This document shows positions 1 to 11,692 of a stretch of DNA of 64,000 bases, one piece after another. Made by a program: the position numbers and the translations under genes. The DNA comes from Holothuria leucospilota (Eukaryota), in NCBI GenBank assembly GCA_029531755.1, contig CM055976.1:6848493-6912492 (forward strand), given 5' to 3'. The notes beneath the pieces are model-generated. The model saw only the letters and a program-made list of their open reading frames with translations. It did not search any database and was not told the DNA's origin. Positions within the stretch are counted from its first letter, which is position 1; each line of letters begins with the position of its first letter.

Positions 1-61
1 AAAGAAGAATGAATTTATGGCATGGATCTTGTTTTATTTAATTGTTAGGTTAATAAAGCAG

Positions 62-228
62 CAGTGACTCTTGCTCAAATTAAACGGATGTTGGTGGAGG
101 GAGGAGCCACTGAGAAACAGCTTGAGGACAAAAGCAAGCAGTTTTACAGTCAAATATGTCACAAAGGAACTAACCATGATGCAATTGACACAAAGCGTAA
201 GATAAATCAGATGCAAGAGCTATGCACG
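62..228 (+). CDS. PARP4: Internal exon of the PARP4-like gene (PARP helical/regulatory domain segment). Translation ...VTLAQIKRMLVEGGATEKQLEDKSKQFYSQICHKGTNHDAIDTKRKINQMQELCT. The gene continues upstream of the window. Alternative acceptor at 48/49.
   Basis: Open frame between acceptor aataaagcAG (59-61) and donor ACG|GTAAGA (229). The motif LEDKSKQFYSQICHKG aligns with the PARP1 regulatory-domain segment ILDLSNRFYTLIPHDFG. Phase 0 at the 3' end. Confidence 0.5.
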
Positions 229-656
229 GTAAGATCACTAGGAATACTTTCTTTGACTGTAATGGACTTAGCTTAAAACATTTTTTCATGAAAGAATAAT
301 TGTTTGAATGTTGGATTTTTTAACTTTTATATAAATTCAGCATTATACCATTATTAAAGTATGTTACAAATATCATAAACACCTCTTACACTTGATGCCA
401 AACGACTTATCAGCAGAGGCATCTACCAGTAACGTCTACAAGCCCTTGATAGCACTGTTATCCAGACTTTAATTGTGAATACAGTGACTTGAGAAAAAGT
501 ACACACGACCTGAGACAAAGTGCACAAGACCTAAGACATAGTTATCAACAAGACATAAACTCATGATGAGTTGTAGTTTGTTTGGTGTCATGTTTCAGCA
601 AGCATCTATTCAGTGTTCCTGATCACTTTCCAGTGTAAAATGTGTCTACCATTTTT

Positions 657-684
657 AGCTCAGCTGAAAGCTTTCAGCTGAGCT
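657..684. repeat. 28-bp perfect palindrome AGCTCAGCTGAAAGCTTTCAGCTGAGCT followed by ATTGCTGTCG. Its head is related to the family 2 elements (TTAGCTCA-hairpin-TGAGCTATTGC).
   Basis: Direct reading. It has the same framing sequence ttAGCTCA...TGAGCTATTGc as 28511 and 47549. Confidence 0.5.
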
Positions 685-2974
685 ATTGCTGTCGTGCACG
701 GCAAAACTTCTACGTCACGGCAAACGTCTGTCACCATAACATTTGCGTTTAAGTGCCTGACATTTCGCTGTTTTTCATTAGATTTGGCTGAAATTCAGTA
801 GAGATGTTAGCAAAAGTGGTATCTGTATGCTGCGACTCTTTTCGATTAATTTGGCTGCTATTTGACCTCGGGAGGGGGCTTTGTTTGAAAACGTAAAATT
901 CCCTACTTGTCTTTCAGTTTTGCACCAATCTTGATAATATGTTTCATATAGATAGTTCAATTTGTGCTGAACAAAAGTTAAATTTTTTTTTCGTTTCTGC
1001 AATCATTAAAGGCATGAAAACATCACTTTTTGAAACAAATTCTGGCGAAGTCCGCATGTTCCGGAATACGTCGAGAATCCCAGTTGTTATCATTTGAGAG
1101 ACTGCAACGAAACCAAGTACAAACGTATACTGAACATATATAAATGTACAGGACGTCTCGTGCTTAATCGTGTGGAAGTGTTTACGCAAAGTGCAGTGTA
1201 TCGACTTTTGAATACCGTACGTGGGCTACCCCACTATGTCAGACTATGTTTGCTCAGCTCTTTGCTTTCCAAACCAGGGATATGACATGAATAAGGAATA
1301 TACCGTACATCCTACTATGGAGGCGTTACGTCATGAACATGTGGTGCTGATCTCATTCAGGCGTTTTAATAATAGACTAGCTAAATTGGTTGGATCACGG
1401 TTAGGCCTACTCGAAAAGAAATACCGGACGTTTGCAAGTTATGCAAGTTCTTGCGAATATGTGGCCTTGTGCGAAACATAGGCTAGTGGTATAAGCTAGG
1501 TGGCAGAAACAAGTATTCAACTTAGCCTGATGTCTGAATGGTTTTAGGAGTTTGGCTTAAAGTTTAAAGAGAATATATCCAGTCGCCTCAAGTTTCAAGT
1601 TATTTGTAAACATTACCTTAATCTTTCAAATTTTCTTGTATCTGCTTTACAAACATTCTTCTTAACATTTCTGGACAAAAAATTTTTTAGTATGAAAGGT
1701 AAACAAATGACTTATCTTCCTTAATAGTAAATTAGTTTATATTTGTCGCATGACACTCGGGTACACTATTTCAAGTTACTAGGGTGAATGTTGTCTAGGA
1801 AATGTCGTACGAGGAAAGAGGAACCCACCCCTTTCTTTTAAACAAAGAACATGGCACGTTGATTGAAAATACAAAGCTTCATATGGTTTAAGCTTAACGG
1901 TTGTGCTAACATTCCAAAAACAATTTTCGGTTTGAAAAAGAAAACGTGCTTTTTGAAGGCCTGTGCCATAAGTCAGTCTCGGAGCCTGCAGGAATTGTGC
2001 AGCTCAGGCTTCTAGTCAAGCGGGCCAAGGGGGCGAATCCCTCTTTGAAATTTGTTCGCCCCCTAGCAAGTTTTCAAGTTGCCATTGGCTTAATGGCATT
2101 TGTACACATTTGGCCCCCTTAAAAATTTTTTAGCCCCTGGAAGCCATTTTGCCCCCATTCAGTACCTTGTCAAGCTACAAGCCTGGTGCAGTCACATGGG
2201 CATCGACACTGCAGGAACCGCCCCAGTCTTGTTTTCCGTTGCCGAAAGCCCCACCAAGTTGTTAAGGGGAAGCCATGGGGGATGATATTTCAATAGCCTT
2301 AGACTTAGTATAAGTGTGCATATTTTCCCAACGCTCTCTACGAACTGTAGTTACCCTCCGGCCTGTTGGGACACATTCACGGGTCCTAAAAGCGATCGAC
2401 GATTTATATACCTGGTAGATCCCAATCATAAAAATGTTATGCAGTAAAATAATGTTGTAGGGGAAAACGGGACTAAAGAGTACTCAGAATTCGAGGCGCG
2501 TAAAGAATTTAATTTGGAAATTATCCCTTTATATTGAGCAATTGAGCAGTTTTGGTTTTTCCAAATCATAGCCTGGCAACACTCATTGGAACTTCTGTCC
2601 CTGGACAAGTTCAAGGAATATCTCTGGGGCAAAATATCCCTTTTAAGACCTTTAACCATTTGTAAAATTTCTTTATCGGAAGTTACTATCTGGGTCTAAT
2701 TATGGAAAACAAATGAGGTCTACAAAGCAGCACACTCATAAATATTCATTATTTGTATACTAACATCTGTGCAGTATATAAAGTTAACTTTGTGTACCAG
2801 ATTTAGTCTTTCAGAGACTTCAGGAGTTCAATACATATTTCATTGCATTTATATTTATCTCTTTGTTTTCTAACGTACGTATGATCAACATGAGTTACAG
2901 TCCCATCCAAAATATTGACTGCAGACTTTTAGGTCAACAGGAAAAGCTGAGCTTCGGCAACATTGTTGCGCTTG

Positions 2975-5045
2975 TTTTGGTTACTATGAAAGAGAAACCT
3001 ATGCGTTCATGATGGTGTGTGTGTGTGTATTAAAGTATGTGTGTTTGTGACACTTTGCTTATTAACACAATATCTCAAGAAGGGAAAGTGTGACAGTTCT
3101 CAAAACTTGGTACATAGATGCTGAATATTAAGAGAAACAAACCTATTGTCTTTATGTAGGCCAAAGCACATCTGGGGTCAAACTCTGAAAAACTTGTTAA
3201 CACAATATCTCCAGGTAGAAAGCTTGGATAAATTTCATACGTAGTTTATGGATGCATTATGGTCTGAGGAAGAATCCTGTTGTTTTTGGTGGAAGTCAAG
3301 GTCATTTGAAGTCACAAGGGTCAAACCCTGAAAACCTTGTTAACATGATATCTCAAGGGAGGAAGCTTGGATAAATGTCATACTTAGGATGTAGATGCCT
3401 TATGGTGAACAGAAGACTCTGTTGTTTTTGTTGGATGTCAAAGGTCATCTGAGGTCACTGGGGTTAAGCTCTCAAATTGTTTTTTTTAACACAATATCTT
3501 GTGGTGGGAAGCTTGGATAAATTTCATACTTAGTATGTAGATGTGTTATGGTCAGGGGAAGAACCATATGGTTTTTTGGTGGAGGTCAAAGGTATAAGGT
3601 CCCTTGGGGGTCAAACTCTGAAAACCTTGTTAACATGATATCTCAAGGAAAGAAGTTTTACTAAATTTCATACTAGATGCCTTATGGTGAGAGCAAGAAC
3701 TTTTGTTACTTTTATACTTAGTATGTAGATGTGTTATGGAGGAAGAACCCTATTGTCTTTGGTAGTTGTCAAAGGTCATATAAGGTCACCAGGGCCAAAC
3801 CCTGACAAATTTTAACATGATATCACAAGGTAGGAAGCTTGGATAAATGTCATACTTAGGATGTAAGTGCCATGTGGTATGAGGGAGAATCCTGTCATTT
3901 TGGTGGAGGTCAAAGGTCATCTGGGGTCACCAGGGGTCAAACCCTGAAAACCTTGTTTAACATGATATGTCAAGATAGGAAGCTTGGCTGAATTTCATAC
4001 CTAATATGTAGATACCTTATGGTGAGAGGAAGAACACTTTGTTATTAGTGGGGGTCAAGGGTCATCTGGGGTCACCAAGTGTCAATCCCTGAAAAACCTT
4101 TTGAACATGATTTCTCAAGTAAGGCAGCTTGGATAAATTTCATACTTAGCATGTAGATGCTTTATGATAAAAGGAAAAACCCTGTTGTTTTTTGTGGAGG
4201 TCAAAGGTCATTTTGGGTCACTGGGATCAAACTCTGTAAACCTTGTTAACATGGTATCTCCAGATAAGAAGCTTGGATAAATTCATTATTTAGTATGTAG
4301 GCATGCTTTGGTGACATTTAAAACCCTATTGTTTTGATGGAGGTCAAAGGTCATCTGGGGTCAAAACCTGAAAACCATTTTAACAGCAAGGTAGGAAGCT
4401 TGGATAGATTTCGTATTTGGTATTTGGTTGCCTTATTGTCAGAGGAAAGACCCAGTTGTTTTGATGGGGGTCAGAAGTCATCTGGGTCACCAGTGGTCAA
4501 ACTCCTGAAAACTTTTTTAACACGATGTCTCAGGATAGGAAGCTTAACTAAATTCCATACTCTACATCTAGATGCCATATGGTTAGAGGGAAAACTCTAT
4601 TGTGTGATAGTGGAGATCAAAGGTCATCTGGGGTCACCAGATGTCACAAAGCAAAATTTCCCAAGAATTCCCAATATCGTTATCTGACTCACTGGAGGTC
4701 AAAAAGGAAAATTTCCCAAGGAATTCCCAAGATCTTTATCTGGGGTCATTGGAATTCAAAAAGCAAAATTTCCCAAGGATTCCCAAGATCATCATGTGGG
4801 GTCACCACAGGTCCAAAAGCAAAATTTATGAAGAGTTCCCAAGATTGTCATCTGGAGTCACCAGAAGTCAAAATGCAAATTTCCCAAGAATTCCCAACAT
4901 CAAATATGAACACAAAACTATTTTTCCACATGTTAAGATAGCATTTGACCAGTGACTGAAAGAAATGCGACAACATGACATTATTTGGAATAAAACATAT
5001 ATCATGGAAACCTCAATGCATTTTGCTATCTGGTTAGTGAAAAAA
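2975..5045 (+). mobile_element. Composite satellite-carrying element, family 1, copy A. It has a head (gaaagagaaacctrtgc...catgatg), a (TG)n tract, about 12 diverged units of a ~145-bp tandem repeat (core GGTCAAAGGTCATCTGGGGTCAC), a tail carrying ~60-bp subrepeats (aaagcaaaatttcccaagaattcccaagatc), and a conserved terminus (...gacaacatgacattatttggaataaaacatat...gcatt...ctggtt).
   Basis: The same head/array/tail architecture recurs at 35510-37770 and 50945-52890. The periodicity is visible from the recurring ggtcaaaggtcat / cttggataaatttcatacttagtatgtagatg motifs. Confidence 0.8.
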
Positions 5046-6218
5046 AGGGTTTCAGTGCAATTCAACATGTTAAAATTAAGGGTTGGAAGCCCTTTCTACT
5101 GTATTTTCATTTTGATAGGTTGGAATTTTGTAATGTATATTGGAGCATGCACCATTATCTACATCAATGCCCATTTGACCTGTCTGTGATGTCAAACTTT
5201 TTTCAGTGAATTGATGCAATCAGAGTTACATGAAAGTAATGTTCTAATAGACTGTAGAAGTGCTGTTTTTCTGTATGACATTTAGCCTGCTGTAATCAGG
5301 CTATTGTTGAGTTTTATCAGCTACGAGTACAATTCTTATTATTTGCTAACCTAATGTTAATGTACAGTACACAGACAAAGTTTAATACAATACAATAGCC
5401 TGCCAACTTTCTAGCCAATCTCATTTCCGAGACAAAAATAACTTCATGTTAATTAATACACACGTCATCAATGTTGCTAAGGGGTGGAGTCAACATGAGC
5501 GACCGGTTGCTCCGCTACAGCAGACAACTCTTTTCACTTGTATACACGTTATGCAGTGCAGCACGGCTATTACTGTATAGTTACTGGCTTAGCTGCTACT
5601 GTGTACATGTATACATATACAGCTAGCAAGGAACGTTGTCGTCTTGCGGCCATGCGAGGGCCTATAGACAGGCCAGTTTGTACAAACCGGCAAGATCTGG
5701 GACAAGATCCTCCGCCTAACGTTAGGCTTGACTTTTCACTGCAAGGATTAGCTCGATGTTTATCCCATACATGATTATTACGTACCATTTTAAGATGTCA
5801 CCGTATCTTCAGAGTATTCGTATGTGCGTCGTCGCAGGCCGTTGATAGGCATGAATAGTTAGTACCGTGAACACCATGTGACCTTCTTATGAATAATAAT
5901 TTATCCCGCATTTTGGGGATTCGTGTAAATGAAAACTGGACGAAGGTTTGCAGACTCTGTATAGAATATATATACAGGGTGTATTATGATTTCTGAGAGA
6001 GTGCCATTTTTTGGAATCTGCTACAGAGTCTGCTCCGCAGGCTATATGACATTTAGGTGGCATCTATTATAAAACGAAAAGTTCTCCCTATGACTTGATT
6101 GTACCAAAACAACAGGTGCTGAAGTTATTCAATGCCAAAGACAATTATTGAGGAATTGTTTAACAAACTTTTATTAAATGTTCCTGTAATGGTAAGTAGT
6201 TTCCTTCAATTATTGTAG

Positions 6219-6474
6219 TCTTGAATGTGGACAGGAATTCTTCTTTACTTAACACTATAGTGGTACTAGTTGATACAGAACACATTATTTCCTCTGCTGT
6301 CCCATTCTGTCAGCTTCTTCAAGATGTGATGAATGTACAAGAAGCATCTGACTGGAAGAAGAATGTGAACATCACCAACAAGTACCGTAGTTTGAGATGT
6401 AACATCCAGAGTGTTGACACATACAGTAGTCAGTATCAAACAGTCATGCGAATCATTGGAAAAGAAGCAGTGGA
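6219..6474 (+). CDS. PARP4: Exon at the boundary of the PARP regulatory and catalytic domains (...VLVDTEHIISSAVPFCQLLQDVMNVQEASDWKKNVNITNKYRSLRCNIQSVDTYSSQYQTVMRIIGKEAV|E). It starts in phase 1, so a small upstream exon appears to be missing from my model.
   Basis: Acceptor ttattgtAG at 6216-6218 and donor TGGA|GTGAGT at 6475. The frame is continuous into the next exon (ga+a=E). The segment NKYRSLRCNIQ...RIIGKE is compatible with the PARP1 region preceding the HGS motif. Confidence 0.55.
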
Positions 6475-7747
6475 GTGAGTTATTAGTTTGGTGTCTTTAT
6501 GAGTTTATTCTTTAAGGAAAAGATTATTCTTATTGGTTTTCTGGTAGCATGTAAGTATAGAGGAAAATAGCGAAACATTTTTGCAGTTTAATGAGTTGGA
6601 TGTGTCTCACATTTAACACTGGTAAGTTTGAGATGACAAAAGTCTTTCTTCATAGAGGCCTTTTTAGCCTATTGTTTTTAATCAAGATACTTTTTTGAAA
6701 GTTAGTTCAAAAGGTTCTTAAAAACAGAAGGCTGTCATGTTCAAATGTTTGAATGGTCAAACCAACATTCAGACATTTAAATGGCACCTTTTTTAACCAA
6801 ACGCTTTTAACAGCAGACTTACTCATTAAAGACAAAATAAATTCAGCATCATTTTTTGACCATGTTTTTGTTTTGATATCCTTTCATTCAAATGACGTTT
6901 ATTTGCCAAATTAATAAGTGAATAAAGCTGCAAATATATAACTGTCACAAATGGGTAAATTTTTATTCACAGCACACCTCCGGGCTACAGTACTTTATCG
7001 CCCATACAAAATAGGAAGCAGCCACCATATGCAGGCAGTTGTGGGCCCATGGATATAAATGATGTTAAAGTCATGTTTAACTGCACACTAAAATGCTCAG
7101 TTGAGAAAACCCATGCAGGACTGCTAAAATATTAAGTTACGCATTGTGTGTCAAAAACATCACAAGGTCATTACTGTGTACTAGCTTGTTGACAAGATTC
7201 TAGTCTGTCATTGGCTGAAACATTTTGGTCCATGAAAGTAATGAAGATGAAAAGTTGGCATTAATTAACCCAGATAGTTGTGTTTGCATTGCCGCAAATT
7301 TCAATCAGTTTTTACAGTTTCTTTAGTGAAAACATAGAAAACTTTTGTACATGAAGCTATATGCACCATTGTTTCGTATGTATGAAATTTTCATGATAGT
7401 CGGTCGATTGCCTGTGCCTGTGGGGGTAAGATTATATAACAGTTGCTTTGGGTATACAGGAGAACCACAGTGTACAAGTGAAATTGACACACAGGATAAC
7501 AAGAGTTGCAGAACTTGCCATACCTAGGCTATGCTGCACACTCTGCCACATGCATTGAGAATGCCAAAATTAGACACCTGAATTGGCATAAATATTGTTA
7601 CAAAAAGCCTCTTTCAGCATATACTTTGGTATAGAAAATGTGTATATTTTATGGCAGATTGTTTAAACATGATTGACTTAGATTTATAAAACAATAAAGT
7701 GTGTTATCTGTGGTTTTATCATTTGTAGGATCTTACAAATCATGCAC

Positions 7748-7790
7748 AGGGTGTGTGTGTGTGTGTGTGTGCATGTATGTGTGTCTAGGG
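7748..7790. repeat. (TG)n microsatellite in intron 2. Nearby at 8349-8392 lie a T25 homopolymer and a G-run.
   Basis: Direct reading. Confidence 0.9.
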
Positions 7791-8584
7791 AAGGGGGAAG
7801 AGTTAGTTATATATAAAGTGTGTATGCCCACAGTTGATCAAGTCTGACTGATTTTCAAAGGATGCTAGGAAGGGCAGAGGGGAGGGGGAGGCTTGAAAAA
7901 AAATGTGGTTTGATGTTTTGCACCCTTGTGAATACGATGAAACTTGGATAACTCTACATGGTATTCAGAAAACCTAACTTCTGTACATGTTAACTAGCTG
8001 TATAGTTGCACTTATTCTTAAAACGATATTTGGAGAGAATTGGGAGTTTTAGGCAGGTTTTATTTTGATCCTTTGCCAGGTAATAGGTGAGTGTTTCATT
8101 TTATAGCAGTCTGTGGTTTTCGCAAGTGGCCTAAACTGAAAAATATTCCAAACAGGAATTGAAACATTTAATTGGAAGCCGTTCAGTGTGAAGTTGCAAT
8201 AGATAAGCCATTGCAGTCTTCTCCCTCATTTATGGCTGCAGTATCATGGTAACATAGTCCCCTCAAGGCCTGACATATTGTACTGTATTCTTACTAGTTT
8301 TGGACTGCATGTTGTGGGTGAAAGTGTTTATCATCTTTATGTGTGTGGGTTTTTTTTTTTTTTTTTTTTTTTGGGGGGGGGTGGCCTTCTTAAGAGTCTT
8401 ATTGTTTATGCTCATTTGTTGTTGTTTGACACTTTGTCTAATTCTTTTGTCTGCTCTTTGTAGTTTTTACTTTGTATGGCTGTTCATTGTTTCTGTGTAT
8501 GTGTATGGGGGCCTTGTGGAAGATAAGCTTTGGTTTTAACACTGAGTTACTGTGGATTAAAAAACTTAAGTAACATAAAATAAT

Positions 8585-8835
8585 AGTCTGTGCTGTGGCC
8601 AAGTGGATAAGGGCAGTGGCATTTGAAGAGATGAAGCGTCATAACCGGAAGGTTCAAGTTTGGATACCTGGCCAGGGCAAAGGTAAGGTGGGTTTTCATC
8701 CAAAAGCAATTAATCTATGGTTTTCCCATTGGCCTTTAAAAAGAAACCAAATTTGATTTAAGTTGTTGACTCGATAAGCCACCCGACGTGAAGTTGTAAT
8801 TCATAAGCCATGTAGGCTTCTCTCACATTCGTGGT
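8585..8835 (+). mobile_element. tRNA-derived SINE-like element, forward orientation. Its head (GGCCAAGTGGATAAGGGCAGTGGCATTTGAAG...GGTTCAAGTTTGGATACCTGGCC) carries a T-arm-like box.
   Basis: The tRNA-like box-B remnant GGTTCAAGT is present. A ~75-80% identical copy lies in inverted orientation at 12600-12830, and a partial copy at 8100-8260. Confidence 0.6.
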
Positions 8836-8967
8836 CGCTTAGCGCTTTAAAACAACTGCCCTTAAAGGCCTGTATCATTTATTTTATTGAAATAAAATAC
8901 TTTGATATTTTTTATTTTATCCATTTTTAAAGGATGTGCTGATATCCTTGTTTTCAATCATTTACAG

Positions 8968-9105
8968 AAGTAGCAGAATACAAGTCACAAATGTTTATTC
9001 TCTGACAAGACCTTTGGAAGATAGCATCTTTGCACCTAAAGGGAGAAAAGTTACATCACTTGTGCATGCTACCAGGCCTACATCACTTCTTGGAATTCTG
9101 TCACG
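8968..9105 (+). CDS. PARP4: PARP catalytic domain exon (SSRIQVTNVYSLTRPLEDSIFAPKGRKVTSLVHATRPTSLLGILSr). It contains the His of the catalytic H-Y-E triad (HAT in place of the HGS motif).
   Basis: Acceptor catttacAG (8965-8967) and donor CACG|GTAAAT (9106). It aligns with PARP1 [29 protein letters not shown]. Phase is consistent with both neighbouring exons. Confidence 0.8.
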
Positions 9106-9803
9106 GTAAATTTTAGCCAAGGGAAAATATACCCTTGAAAATCTTAAGCTTTTTATTGCTGTAATGAATGTTTGTATTTTGGCTATGATGTTTTGGTAAA
9201 TTTGAAAATATTCACCAGTGCCTCTGGTCTTTAGGTTATGAGAGTGTAGTGGACCATTGGCTTTAAGGTGTTGGACTTGTGATCCCAGGATTGCCATTTT
9301 GACTGCTTGGGTCATTATGTCATATCCTTGGGTAAGATGCTTTCTCTCAATTGCATCTCCCCACCCAGGAGTTAAATGGTTAACTGTGAGGTGAATTGTC
9401 ATCAGGTACACTGTTTAGTCTGCTGCCACACTAGAGGGGTTACCTCTGGGAGGATTTACCATTGGGCAGGGGTAATATATATGAAGTCCTTTGAGGCTTA
9501 TCGACAGTGTAAAGTGCTATAAAAACAAATTATCTATTACAGTGATTATTTCAGTTCTTAGTAGGTTTAGTGCCTGTCTTGTTTGGGCATTTGCATGTGC
9601 AATGGATAAATTTACATCTCTCTTTGCCTTTCAGATGCAGTTACATATTACTGATTGAAGTGTGCAAAATATCTTTAATGTAAAAATGTTTCATTACATA
9701 TAGTCTGTAGCAAGTTGGGTACATTTTCTTGCGCAGCTGGTTGCGATGTTTTACTAAGTAGTAATGTGTAATGGTAAAACATGAAAGTATGATTTCATTT
9801 CAG

Positions 9804-9902
9804 AGGTCTTCTCCCACCAAAGATAGTTCAAGAGGATGTTGGTATCGAGAGAAGAGATTATGGCTTTTTGGGCCAAGGAATATATTTTGGTGATGACATA
9901 AG
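9804..9902 (+). CDS. PARP4: PARP catalytic domain exon ((R)GLLPPKIVQEDVGIERRDYGFLGQGIYFGDDIr). It contains the GxGIYF motif with the catalytic Tyr.
   Basis: Acceptor ttcatttcAG (9801-9803) and donor ATAAG|GTGAGT (9903). It aligns with PARP1 [27 protein letters not shown]. Confidence 0.85.
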
Positions 9903-10594
9903 GTGAGTAAGAAACCAAATGGACAACTGCTTTTATCAGATGTTGTTTTTGAATTTGCTGATATTAAACTCATGTTCATGACAGAGAAATTGAGGAGTGA
10001 TGACTTACGTTCCAGATTTGAAATAATTTATTTGATGCACTTAGTTGTCAGTTTATATCTGTTAGTGGTATCATGTGATATGTCTCAAAGTTTTGAGTTC
10101 CATTGGTACAGACTGATCACTCAAAATTACTGGAAAATATATATCTCATAGTAAATTTGTATGTTGGTATGGAGTTATAATGGTTAGAGTTGGTGATAAC
10201 CTTGTAACAATGGGTAGTAGGCTAGTGTATGAACTTGAGTAGTTACTATTTATGATGTATAGTATTATCATTATTGCAAATACCCAATCAATTGATAGTT
10301 TAAGTCAGAAAGGGATATGTGTGGTCTTTTAAAAAGTATTCAAATTAGGATTGTATACTATTACTTATTCCAAAACATCAGAGTACTCAAATCAAAGGAG
10401 CTGTAATGAATTTATTTATGAATGGTGTACTGTGTGACCTTTAAATGGTAAGTCATGATGATCTTTGGATCTCCTGAAGAATGCTGGGAAAGCTGTGAGA
10501 AGTAAGTGTCTATTCTTCCAGTCTATATCTTTCAAGACAGGAAGATTAAAAAAAGGGGGTCATAAGTCAAATCAATTGTTTCCCTCATTGGCAG

Positions 10595-10778
10595 ATCCAA
10601 CATGCACTTCACTGAACCAAACGGTTGCACTAAGACTCGTTTCCTCCTTACGTGTGAAGTCATTGTGGGGAAGCAGTATAAAACCTGCCAACACCAACCA
10701 GACTTGGTCAATCCTCCACCAGGATATGACAGTGTCCTAGGTGTAAAGAACTCTGATGGAAACCATTCAATGTTCAAG
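10595..10778 (+). CDS. PARP4: PARP catalytic domain exon ((R)SNMHFTEPNGCTKTRFLLTCEVIVGKQYKTCQHQPDLVNPPPGYDSVLGVKNSDGNHSMFK). It contains the catalytic Glu, in LLTCEVIVG.
   Basis: Acceptor cctcattggcAG (10593-94) and donor TTCAAG|GTATGT (10779). It aligns with PARP1 [56 protein letters not shown]. Confidence 0.85.
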
Positions 10779-11538
10779 GTATGTTTACTAGATTGTATAA
10801 TGGAATATATCTAGACATGTTACGTAGTAATGATTTTGAAAACAGCTGGGCTTTTAACTTGTACCACATTTATGATTCTGTGTCTTTTTTATAAAGCACT
10901 TTTCATACACCTGCTAGGTACAACTGTCAGTCTGTTAGCACTGAGATTATATGACTCTATCACTCAGTAGATGTTGAACCTAAGCTTTCACTTATCAGCA
11001 TTTATTACATTGTATTGTAGTCAGAAGTGCACTCCAACAGCCAACTCCACATTAAGTGTCATCAGCAGAGAGACTGTTCACCCCCAAGTCCTTTGGGGAA
11101 TTTTCCCATTCTTTTCCATTTTTTTCACCTGCCTTCAGTTGCTGACCACGCTGAAATCAGTCATCTTATTGATCCACTCCTCACCAGCTAGTCATGGTCG
11201 AACCTACAGAACTGCCTCATCTCAAGGGTAGACACTGCAGGGTTTCCATCTTCAGCCACTGTAAGCTGTCAGAGCTAATATGTTACTCTGGCTTCACACC
11301 AAAAATCTTCCTTAACATTTCATCTTCACTTCTCTCAAGTTGTAATGCATCATTTATTCCAGGAGGCCAACATTCACTGGTATAAAGCATGGCACACTTG
11401 ACACTGGTTTTGCAGACGGACGTGTACTACAAGTGTGAGATAATAGACATTTGCAGGTCAAAACATGTTTAAAATTAAGTTGGTAAGTCAACATTTTGGG
11501 TTTCCCCATTTTAGAGTAATCTTTCTTGGACATTACAG

Positions 11539-11692
11539 CACAATGAATACACCATCTATGATGTTGGTCAGCAGCGACTGAGCTACCTGATAGAGTTTGT
11601 CCAAGTGAATGAGACACCTGCCATTTACCAGCCAGAGTTCTCCACAGAAGATGTAGAAGAGCCCACTGTGGAAGAAAAGAATAAAGAGATAG
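11539..11692 (+). CDS. PARP4: C-terminal end of the PARP catalytic domain plus a linker (HNEYTIYDVGQQRLSYLIEFVQVNETPAIYQPEFSTEDVEEPTVEEKNKEIg).
   Basis: Acceptor ggacattacAG (11536-38) and donor GATAG|GTACAG (11693). It aligns with PARP1 [22 protein letters not shown]. The exon ends in phase 1, which is completed by the next exon (g+at=D). Confidence 0.8.

Noticed and set aside
4334-4955. Overlapping + strand ORFs (117, 120 and 104 aa) in the tail of the family 1 element
   Set aside because: They are generated by the ~60-bp subrepeats (aaagcaaaatttcccaagaattcccaagatc), and the same reading recurs at 37412-37687. This is repeat sequence, not a gene.
5480-5880. CpG-containing, GC-richer block in intron 1 (possible exon or CpG island)
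   Set aside because: All frames are interrupted by stops, no splice sites have compatible phase, and no motif cluster is convincing. It may simply be unique intronic sequence.
8585-8700. Possible tRNA gene (GGTTCAAGT T-arm-like box, GTGGATAAGG D-arm-like)
   Set aside because: It cannot be folded into a cloverleaf with a proper acceptor stem, and it continues into a ~150-bp non-tRNA body shared with an inverted copy at 12600-12830. It is a tRNA-derived SINE head, not a tRNA gene.
8995-9411. 138-aa ORF on the minus strand
   Set aside because: It is antisense to the catalytic exon 8968-9105 and to SINE-like sequence. It has no homology signal and a repeat-derived composition. It is probably a chance ORF in AT-rich DNA.
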